IMG/VR virus record: IMGVR_UViG_3300028840_008160
Location: 265,801-329,800 of that record
Strand: one strand, 5' to 3'
DNA: 64,000 nt
Part shown: in pieces, positions 56,736 to 64,000 of the stretch
How positions within the stretch are numbered: position 1 is the stretch's first letter
Layout of the letters: every line of letters begins with the position of its first letter
Position numbers and translations under genes: made by a program
The notes under the pieces: generated by a model
What the model saw: the letters and a program-made list of their open reading frames with translations, nothing else
What the model was told of the DNA's origin: nothing
Databases searched by the model: none

Positions 56736-57296
56736 ATGATTGAAAATACATCAAACCAATACAAAGAATTTATTGAAGCGCACAAGTTTGAACTTATGCT
56801 TGATATGTTTGAAGTTGTCAAACTCATAGGCTATAGTGAAGATCAAAACGATTGCTATTATGTCGTTTATAGTTTGAAACGCGGTGAAGTTCATTCAAGT
56901 TGTGTAGGCAAATTAATCCCACTTAAAGATGTTATTCCTGAAAATGATTACAAATACCTCATGAGAGTTTTTGACCTCAATACGCCTACGCCTCAAATCG
57001 TGCAAGATGATATTATCAGTGCTCTTAATGCGATGATCCAGGCTTGTGAACCTATCAAGTTTGATGATTTCAATAAAATTCTTAAAGAAAAAGAAAAAGA
57101 CGCACTTGGTTCTGTAGAACGTAAAGACAGTCGCATCGGTATTAGGACTGTAGAATACAACAACCCATCAAGTGGTTGGGCAACATCGACTGCTGCCATT
57201 ATTGCAACGATTACTGATATTTGTGTTGGTAAAAGACTTGCTTTTCAATTAGAACACGGATTTATTATTGGTGTTCAATGGTATAAGGGAGAATAA
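56736..57296 (+). CDS. hypothetical protein
   Basis: 186 aa ORF. Confidence 0.65.
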   Translation: MIENTSNQYKEFIEAHKFELMLDMFEVVKLIGYSEDQNDCYYVVYSLKRGEVHSSCVGKLIPLKDVIPENDYKYLMRVFDLNTPTPQIVQDDIISALNAMIQACEPIKFDDFNKILKEKEKDALGSVERKDSRIGIRTVEYNNPSSGWATSTAAIIATITDICVGKRLAFQLEHGFIIGVQWYKGE

Positions 57297-57958
57297 AATG
57301 TTTGCAAACATTGATGTAGAAGATAGAGACATCGCGATTGCTATTATAGACATAGATGAATGGCATCAAACTTCTATTCTTAAAGAGAATAGCCCTGTTC
57401 GTAAAATTAGCAATCGACTTCGAAACGAATATCAAGTAAATAGTCATTTGTCACTTTGTATGGCAGAAGATTTCATTATGCATCGAGCTGCTCATCGATT
57501 TCTTGATATGTTTGGAGCGACTTGCACATGAGATTTGTATACATCACTTGCTTATTTCTTTTAACATGCACAAAAGAAGTTACAAAGTTCATGGTCTCAA
57601 TGAATATACTAGTTACAAACGAGTGATTGCTATTGACACAGGAGATGCTATTTATGAGCCAAACGTCAAAGTCATTAGGCATAAAGTCTGGAAATGGGAC
57701 AAAGCTTACAAATAAAGCACTTGTCATAATGGATTATGCTGGTCACAATCACGTATTTGATTTGTCTGACCCTAACAAAGCTAAACAAATTATTCAAAAG
57801 ATTTTGAAAGCATACGATGCTTTAGATGAAGACGATAATGATTTCATTGAAACTCTCGATTGGGACATGATAAATCAAATACTAATGGATATAATACCGT
57901 GTAATGCAAGAGAACTCATTGTTGATGTTGATAAAAATTTCAACAGGAGCATTTTTGA

Positions 57959-58342
57959 ATGAGATATACTAGAAAATTACTTATATCAATATGTGAACAA
58001 GCATTTGTGCCTATAGAAAAATGGGCACATACAGATAGCTATGATGTGCAAGGTAAAACGGGTAGATGTCTTGTGCTTTTAAAAGCCGGTTGCGATTTTA
58101 GAGTACTTACGATAAAAAACAACCCGCCTAAGAAAAAACCACGATCTTTATGTAACAGACTCAATTTGGCGCCTATTGCGACAAATGATCATACAATTTG
58201 GTTAGAAATACGACATAAACGACGTAAATATTCATTTTGTAAAGACTTAGAATTATTCAAAGAGATTTTTTATCTACCAACATTTAAACGCCTCGAAAAA
58301 GCAGCAGGCAATGATTGGTATCCAAATGAAAAAACAGCTTGA
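57959..58342 (+). CDS. hypothetical protein
   Basis: 127 aa ATGA-coupled ORF. Confidence 0.55.
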   Translation: MRYTRKLLISICEQAFVPIEKWAHTDSYDVQGKTGRCLVLLKAGCDFRVLTIKNNPPKKKPRSLCNRLNLAPIATNDHTIWLEIRHKRRKYSFCKDLELFKEIFYLPTFKRLEKAAGNDWYPNEKTA

Positions 58343-58484
58343 TTCTCAAAAAATTGAAGAAACATTTGATATAGTATCGGCTATGAGAGTCAAAATGTAA
58401 CTTCCCATTTACGTAACTCATCCTACACCGCATCCTAAACGAAAATTTGATGGCAAACCTCGCAAATGGTGCTGTCTTGATTGA
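58326..58484 (+). pseudogene. small ORF with in-frame TAA (58398-58400)
   Basis: frame continues 27 codons past the TAA up to the next promoter box. Confidence 0.35.
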
Positions 58485-58485
58485 C

Positions 58486-58509
58486 TTTCTTTGTTTCTGC
58501 GCATGACTA
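58486..58509 (+). promoter_or_regulatory. TGACTA-box promoter candidate
   Basis: TTTCTTTG-TTTCTGCGCA-TGACTA, ATG of uvsE 7 nt downstream. Confidence 0.7.
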
Positions 58510-58516
58510 TTCTTAC

Positions 58517-59383
58517 ATGAAATATGGTTATGCGTGTATTAACACAGTTCTACGCGAACAGAAAATTTTTGCTAGCAGAGGAATGACGCAAAAGACTTTT
58601 CTTACAAAAGGCCTTCAATATGCGTCTATGTTAGCATTGCAAAATGCCAAAGATTTATTGACTATTCTTCAATGGAATCAAAATCATAGCATATTCTTTT
58701 ATCGCATGTCATCTGGCATATTTCCCTGGATGTCAGAATATGAATTGCAAGATCTTCCAAATTTTGACGATATTAAATCAATTCTCCAACAAATAGGTTC
58801 ATTTGCTAAAACTCATCACCACAGACTTACATTTCATCCCGGTCAATTTAATGCATTAGCATCGCCAAAAGACATCGTCGTTCGCAAAACAATAAAAGAA
58901 CTGGAACAACATGCTCAAATAATGGATTTGATAGGCCTACCTCGATCACCACAAGCAAAAATCAACATTCATGTAGGCGGCACATATGACAGCAAATTGT
59001 CAACTCTTAATCGTTGGTGTAATGTTTTTTATGATCTCAGTCAATCAGTTCGTTCTCGACTTACATTAGAAAATGATGACAAACCTAATGGCTACACAAC
59101 AAACGATTTATTATGGGCTCACGAGCTAACAAACATTCCTATCACATTCGACTCGCATCATCATACATGCAATGGTCAATCTTCTCACAAACAAGCTATG
59201 AAACTAGCATTCAAAACGTGGCCAAAACATGTAACGCCAGTAATTCATGTGTCGTCGCATCGACCCGGATCATCAATACAAGCACATGACGACTTTGTAC
59301 AATCATTCGATACATTCAATATGAATGTTGATGTCATGTTTGAAGCAAAACAAAAAGAACAGGCTGTTTTACGACATCTATGA
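58517..59383 (+). CDS. uvsE: UV damage endonuclease
   Basis: MKYGYACIN start, FYRMSS..FP, TFHPGQF..LAS, INIHVGG, LTLENDDK, FDSHHH, HVSS, MFEAKQKE. Confidence 0.92.
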   Translation: MKYGYACINTVLREQKIFASRGMTQKTFLTKGLQYASMLALQNAKDLLTILQWNQNHSIFFYRMSSGIFPWMSEYELQDLPNFDDIKSILQQIGSFAKTHHHRLTFHPGQFNALASPKDIVVRKTIKELEQHAQIMDLIGLPRSPQAKINIHVGGTYDSKLSTLNRWCNVFYDLSQSVRSRLTLENDDKPNGYTTNDLLWAHELTNIPITFDSHHHTCNGQSSHKQAMKLAFKTWPKHVTPVIHVSSHRPGSSIQAHDDFVQSFDTFNMNVDVMFEAKQKEQAVLRHL

Positions 59384-59393
59384 AAGGTTAATC

Positions 59394-60098
59394 ATGGAAA
59401 CACTAACTTTAGGTCCAAGTGACTTACTACACACGTCAAGATTTGTGGCAGCCAGCTACCCAGAAAAACGCAAAAGGATTTCATTTAACGACTTCAACAA
59501 TGAAGCAAAGGCTGCTATAGAACGAGCATATCAATCAAACTGCGTAATTAGATATGTTGACAGGGACTTTGAAAAAATCATTCCAAATCCAAACTTCAAA
59601 CCACTAGCTGATGACCTCTGGGCGCTATTTGAATCTTTCATACCAATAAGACAAAAAATAGATGTTGCAACTAAAATGTGCAACATTCTTTCATCACATG
59701 ATGTCAATCTTCGACCATCAGAAATTGCTTTCGACTTATCAGACGCAATCTTACCTGAAAAAATTATAGACTCTGAAAAGTTTCGAGCTACTATAAAACG
59801 TAGACGATCAACTACCGATCAAGAAATTGACAACAGAGAACGCGAAGTTATAGAAGGCAGAAAACAGTTTTTTCATTTGAATGACCCAGATGAGCATGTT
59901 ACATGGGACATCAAAGAATTCAAAGAATTTGCTTTGGAGAATCCATTACCTTCTGACAATCCAACGTGCGCATTTGTTGGCTACCTAAACAAAACAGGCA
60001 ACAAACGACTTTATTTGCCTCTTGAAGAAATTAGTGATGAAGATTTTTATTCACTTCCTGCACGTTCCTGTTTAAGTAAAACTGGAGTTTCTAAATGA
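59394..60098 (+). CDS. hypothetical protein
   Basis: SD AAGG before ATG 59394, in frame with track ORF. Confidence 0.6.
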   Translation: METLTLGPSDLLHTSRFVAASYPEKRKRISFNDFNNEAKAAIERAYQSNCVIRYVDRDFEKIIPNPNFKPLADDLWALFESFIPIRQKIDVATKMCNILSSHDVNLRPSEIAFDLSDAILPEKIIDSEKFRATIKRRRSTTDQEIDNREREVIEGRKQFFHLNDPDEHVTWDIKEFKEFALENPLPSDNPTCAFVGYLNKTGNKRLYLPLEEISDEDFYSLPARSCLSKTGVSK

Positions 60099-60134
60099 CA
60101 ATAAGTTATAAAATTGCAAAACATAAAGGGATAA

Positions 60135-60647
60135 ATGATGAGAACTAGAATCATCTCAGCTTTTCCCGGCACTGGCAAATCTCACTATCATAATCTACAC
60201 TTTGACACAACTCTTGATTCTGATTCGTCACAATTTTCATGGCTGTCAACAAACGATAATGGTAAAACAAATGCTAGCCGACAAAACGGACAAAGAAATC
60301 CAAACTTTCCACAAAACTACATCGACCACATAAAAGAAAACATCGGCAAATATGAAATCATATTCGTATCAACTCATAAGGTCGTAAGAGATGCTCTTCT
60401 AGACAACTGCATCTTCTTCTATCTCATATATCCCAATCATCATATGAAAGACAAGTTCTTACGCCGTTACAGTGACAGAGGTGACGAAAGCATGTTCGTC
60501 AAACATCTTAGTGATAACTGGGATGCTTGGCTCAAAGAACTATCATTTTGCGACACTGGCTGCAAACAAATACAAATGATATTCCCATACATCGATAAAG
60601 AAATCCAGAATATCATTGCTTCTGAACACGGTGATATGCTTGATTAA
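60135..60647 (+). CDS. P-loop kinase-like phage protein
   Basis: IISAFPGTGKS; DSDSSQFSW; FPQNYIDHI. Confidence 0.65.
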   Translation: MMRTRIISAFPGTGKSHYHNLHFDTTLDSDSSQFSWLSTNDNGKTNASRQNGQRNPNFPQNYIDHIKENIGKYEIIFVSTHKVVRDALLDNCIFFYLIYPNHHMKDKFLRRYSDRGDESMFVKHLSDNWDAWLKELSFCDTGCKQIQMIFPYIDKEIQNIIASEHGDMLD

Positions 60648-60675
60648 TCTACGACTATAACACACATAACTCTAC

Positions 60676-60725
60676 CAGTGACGAAGTTGCGAAGTCTGCA
60701 TCCGCGGCCCTGCGCGGCGACACTG
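60676..60725. other. GC-rich structured element
   Basis: 33 of 50 nt are G/C; CAGTG..CACTG outer stem, CCGCG/CGCGG inner hairpin. Confidence 0.5.
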
Positions 60726-60727
60726 CG

Positions 60728-60769
60728 TTTGTCACTTGGCCCCCTTCCTTTGTCACTTGGCCCCCTTCC
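60728..60769. repeat. perfect 21-nt tandem duplication
   Basis: TTTGTCACTTGGCCCCCTTCC x2. Confidence 0.9.
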
Positions 60770-60791
60770 TCTACGTCTCCCGTCATGACTA
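60768..60791 (+). promoter_or_regulatory. TGACTA-box promoter candidate
   Basis: CCTCTACG-TCTCCCGTCA-TGACTA, ATG 7 nt downstream (60799). Confidence 0.6.
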
Positions 60792-60830
60792 ATTACTCAT
60801 GATATTAAGCACACAAAGATTGGAGCACGA

Positions 60831-60953
60831 ATGAAATTCTGGTTTTGGTTTATGGTAGCTTTTTTGCTTTATCTTATGGCATATGGAAAACTTGGTAAAA
60901 TTGCCGAAGACGTTAAGGTAATTCGTGCAACGATCACACAACAGGCAAAGTAA
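60831..60953 (+). CDS. 40-aa single-TM protein (not in track)
   Basis: MKFWFWFMVAFLLYLMAYGKLG...; SD GGAG. Confidence 0.6.
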   Translation: MKFWFWFMVAFLLYLMAYGKLGKIAEDVKVIRATITQQAK

Positions 60954-61374
60954 TGCCAAAACCAACACACAACACAATATCAGAATGAGCACAGAAATTT
61001 CTATCTCCTCCTCACTCATTCCCTACACCTACACTGGTGAAACAGTAGTAATATTCCCCGTAAACCTTATACATGATCTATTTGATCTAGGTGAGGGCCA
61101 CACTAACTTCACTAGCCTATTACTACGCCTCATCATGAAAGCTGATAGCAACAACATCCAAAAACTAGCCCTAGCATTTCCTCTTGAAGTACTCTTAGTC
61201 TCACTCTGGAAATCGGGCGCTATCCCACTAGAACTCGTCCACTCATGGGATCAAAAACCCCTAACTCTAATCATACAATCATGAAAACACTACAAGAAGC
61301 TAACCTATCAAGCGCACGTTATGTGCAATTTGTAAATCGCCTTTATATTATAGTTTGACTCACTGGAGGCAATT

Positions 61375-61578
61375 GTGAATAGACCATCATTAGCAGGTAA
61401 GTGTAATATAACGGGCGCAAGTATGTTTGATCTAAAGCATCGGAAAGTTTGCTTGGAGTGTGCTCATAGGTTTTGGGTTTATAAGCACCCAACCCTCAAT
61501 GCACTTAAATGGACCTTTTATGGTGTGTTGTTCTTTTTAGGTACTGTATCATGTTTTTATGCTTGTGTGTTCAATTAA
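61375..61578 (+). CDS. small Zn-ribbon/TM hypothetical protein
   Basis: SD GGAGG; CLEC; C-terminal TM. Confidence 0.55.
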   Translation: MNRPSLAGKCNITGASMFDLKHRKVCLECAHRFWVYKHPTLNALKWTFYGVLFFLGTVSCFYACVFN

Positions 61579-61601
61579 CCCGTTCGCTAAAAAAGAATAA
61601 T

Positions 61602-61793
61602 ATGGAATGTGATTTATAAACAACACACAACACGGGCAATATACCACCACGTAACTGGAAAAAGTGGCCTTTTGGTTCAGAAATTATGGATACCACTGTT
61701 AGATTACTAAATGGCCAACTCAAATTTTATCCGACTGTAGAAGAATTTAAAAAGGAGTATGTACACTTATGTCCAAGAATAGATATGGTGTAG
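61602..61793 (+). pseudogene. small ORF with in-frame TAA (61617-61619)
   Basis: MECDL*TTHNTG... frame open 57 further codons. Confidence 0.35.
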
Positions 61794-62227
61794 ACACAGC
61801 TTACTTTAAGAAAGAATTAGCAAGTTTATCACGCTCATTGCCAGATCGAACGCCTCAAGAGTTGCGAAGGTATTTAGTTCGTCTTGCAGATGTAGCTTGT
61901 GACTTTGACAGAAACTGGTCGAAGTCTGATGTTAAGCATGAAACTACGATGTTTGATAAGATTATGAAAGCACTTGGTTATGCTTATGTGAAAAGTCCAG
62001 GGTATGAGTTTTATGTTAATAGTAAATATCCGTTTAATCGTATTAAGATTGACAAGCAGTCAAAAGAGAAAGTTTTTTGTATTGAAGTGAATAGTACACG
62101 CTATAAATGTAGTTCAGAATCTGGATTGATATCGGCCATTTACTTTTTGGGATTGTATGATGGCGCGAAAGATAAAGTAAAGAAGATTAATGATGCAATA
62201 GGAAAACTACGAGGACTTTTGACATAA
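61769..62227 (+). CDS. hypothetical protein
   Basis: SD AAGGAG. Confidence 0.6.
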   Translation: MSKNRYGVDTAYFKKELASLSRSLPDRTPQELRRYLVRLADVACDFDRNWSKSDVKHETTMFDKIMKALGYAYVKSPGYEFYVNSKYPFNRIKIDKQSKEKVFCIEVNSTRYKCSSESGLISAIYFLGLYDGAKDKVKKINDAIGKLRGLLT

Positions 62228-62258
62228 AAGAAGAATATACTTTAGCAAAGGAAATAGT

Positions 62259-62504
62259 ATGATTTTGTTTACGAAGCCGCATTGTCAGAAATGCGAAGAT
62301 ATTAAGCGTAAGTTACAAGTTGCCAATGTGGCGTTTGAAGCAAAGAGTATGGATGAGCCGGCTAATCTTACCGAGTTAGTAGATAGTTTGAATACAGCTG
62401 GTATTAAAAATCCGTTGATGCCTGTGATTAAGTTTGACGACGGGACTGTTGTGTCAAATGATATGGGACTTTATAAAGCACTTAAGGAACGAAAGATCTT
62501 GTGA
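62259..62504 (+). CDS. glutaredoxin-like (NrdH-type) protein
   Basis: LFTKPHCQKC; MPVIKF. Confidence 0.75.
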   Translation: MILFTKPHCQKCEDIKRKLQVANVAFEAKSMDEPANLTELVDSLNTAGIKNPLMPVIKFDDGTVVSNDMGLYKALKERKIL

Positions 62505-62701
62505 GTAGCACAGTTGACAAGCTCAAAAATTTTGGAAATGGAGCAAGCGCTCACACTGCCAACAAGTGTGCTTTCTACATTGAGATGTGTATTGAAAAGG
62601 GTAAAGATAAATTGCGTGTCGAATTAGAAGAGCTTGCCAATCGTGCTATGGAAAGTGGTGATTGGCGAGAGCTTGCCATGCGTATGAAGAGTTGGTGGTA
62701 G
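62501..62701 (+). CDS. hypothetical protein
   Basis: GTGA-coupled 66 aa ORF. Confidence 0.5.
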   Translation: MSSTVDKLKNFGNGASAHTANKCAFYIEMCIEKGKDKLRVELEELANRAMESGDWRELAMRMKSWW

Positions 62702-62704
62702 AGT

Positions 62705-63406
62705 GTGAACAAATATTTTTTGCATTGGCGGGATGGTAGAGTAGAAACTGTTATGGGTGATACAATAGCTAATGCTATTACAAGAGCAGGTTATGGTGAT
62801 GGCGCAATGATAGCTCTCGATTATTGGGAGAATGCAGATACTGTTTGTGAACGTCCCGATTGTAAGAGTCATGTGACATGTCCTTGTGAATGTGGTCGAA
62901 TGTGGGATTCGCAAGGTAAAGTATTGGAGCAAAATCCGTTTGATAGAGAGAGTTTGGTATTGCCTCTCAGATTTCGTGTGTGGAATCTTGAGCAAAAAGA
63001 GATGTATACTTGGGAGAATCGCGATCTTGATGGTCATATTGAATATGAGATGAGGGAGTGGATTCGAGATGCTGTTATGAGTCATATGAGTGGGCCGGCA
63101 TCTGACGAGTGGGCCGAACAGACTGTTGTTATGCAGTATACAGGTATGGATGATATGAATGGGAAGCCGATATATACTGGTGATATTGTGAAGTTTTATT
63201 TTGACGAGATGAATGGAAGTCGCCAGTGGGTTGTTGGTAGACGTTGTGGTCAATTAGATTTTATTAATGCAGGTGTTTGGCAATTATATACATCATGTTT
63301 GCCTGTTAGTGAGCGCAAAGTTGTTGTTGTTGGTAATGTATTTGAGAATCCAGAAGAGATTGCAAATTGTGGGTATATAAAGGGAACCGCAAAGTCAGGA
63401 GTGTAA
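62705..63406 (+). CDS. YopX-family protein with N-terminal extension
   Basis: RFRVWN...MQYTGMDDMNGKPIYTGDIV...VVGNVFENPE. Confidence 0.85.
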   Translation: MNKYFLHWRDGRVETVMGDTIANAITRAGYGDGAMIALDYWENADTVCERPDCKSHVTCPCECGRMWDSQGKVLEQNPFDRESLVLPLRFRVWNLEQKEMYTWENRDLDGHIEYEMREWIRDAVMSHMSGPASDEWAEQTVVMQYTGMDDMNGKPIYTGDIVKFYFDEMNGSRQWVVGRRCGQLDFINAGVWQLYTSCLPVSERKVVVVGNVFENPEEIANCGYIKGTAKSGV

Positions 63407-63448
63407 AGTGATACAGTTTGTCGATTATCATATAATGAAAAAGAGTAG

Positions 63449-64000
63449 TTGATGTTAGAACACTGGGTTTCAAAATATTCTTCCAGGCATGTTGTTGCTA
63501 ATATTAAGCGTGAAATTAGGCAACGAAGATATACAATCGTTAAGTCATGGATTTATTTTGGAGATTTGTATATCGCTGTTGAATATAATCCTGATTTGGG
63601 CCAACCCAGTTGTAAATTTAAACTTCAGACGTATGTTCATAGACGACAAAAATATCGTGTTACTTATGCAGAAGTTTATTGGACAGACGAGTCTATTGAT
63701 AAATATTTTCAAAGTAAGCTAAGTGGGCGTTTTTGTTTAGATCATAATCCGGGAATAGCATGTTATGGGCCTTGGGGAGAAAAGAAATGGTTTCCAGTGA
63801 CAGATATGCAAATGCAAACAAATAATAAATTTGTGATTATAACTTGTGATTTGACGCCGAAGCAGTTTGTTAGTAAAGTTGAGCAAGTTGTTGAAGAAAA
63901 TAAATTAGATGTCTGGTCAGTGTTTATTTGTCATGTGAAAGAAGGTATTGGTGGTTATATTGTTCCTAGAAAAGAGTGGTTATGTGCACATACGGCGTGA
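63449..64000 (+). CDS. hypothetical protein
   Basis: 183 aa ORF ending at the window edge. Confidence 0.55.
   Translation: MMLEHWVSKYSSRHVVANIKREIRQRRYTIVKSWIYFGDLYIAVEYNPDLGQPSCKFKLQTYVHRRQKYRVTYAEVYWTDESIDKYFQSKLSGRFCLDHNPGIACYGPWGEKKWFPVTDMQMQTNNKFVIITCDLTPKQFVSKVEQVVEENKLDVWSVFICHVKEGIGGYIVPRKEWLCAHTA

Noticed and set aside
14681-60791. TGACTA boxes as sigma54 or sigma70 promoters
   Set aside because: Spacing recalls -24/-12 geometry but the invariant GG and GC are missing; there is no TTGACA-like element 16-18 nt from a TATAAT-like hexamer.
47-61019. Most other minus-strand and nested short ORFs in the track
   Set aside because: They overlap better-supported + strand genes and lack SD or motifs; only 10351, 10707, 13687, 14042 and the added 48769 ORF are accepted on the minus strand.
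62624-63253. 209-aa minus-strand ORF
   Set aside because: Antisense to the YopX gene; Thr/Ile/His-rich composition results from the G-rich + strand; no SD.
1-64000. Genome-wide TAG-to-Gln recoding (code 15)
   Set aside because: Long genes contain no internal TAG, TAG at 25034-25036 is followed by a strong terminator, several TAGs are explained by overlap with an SD (TAGGAG), and TAA/TGA interruptions also occur. Kept only as a testable alternative.

Overview
AT-rich, gene-dense window, almost entirely + strand, that reads as an accessory region of a large (jumbo/huge) tailed-phage genome. It holds many small hypothetical ORFs plus thyX, uvsE, smpB, a CoaD-CoaE fusion, an Rnl2-like ligase, YopX, an HNH/NUMOD1-like gene, two papain-like C1A proteases, GT8/GT9 glycosyltransferases, an AAA+ ATPase and an RNAP alpha-CTD-like protein. 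No core capsid, terminase or polymerase gene, tRNA or CRISPR array was recognised. Main signal: 13 scattered ORFs share an N-terminal 15-aa leader (M-[KNR]-[HY]-x-x-Q-I-Q-x-E-F-x-[KR]-x-A), usually followed by a second module (W-x-D-L-[ST]-x3-Q-x2-Y-L-x2-H-P-x-S-K-R) and then mostly unrelated cargo. Three members fall below or are broken in the ORF track, and two further ORFs carry divergent leaders. By analogy to the T4 capsid-targeting sequence this looks like a modular addressing and processing system for virion-packaged proteins (inference). Second signal: a non-sigma70 promoter-like box (TCT[AT][CT]G-N10-TGA[CT]TA) occurs at least 11 times, and in 8 cases an ATG without Shine-Dalgarno sits 7-8 nt downstream, suggesting leaderless mRNAs. 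Also seen: a hidden 35-aa peptide with 26 Asp/Glu, an iteron-like array next to a Myb-like gene, an abrupt GC-skew inversion near 61.3 kb, and many premature stops or frameshifts in small genes. Family calls come from motif recognition only; no searches were run.
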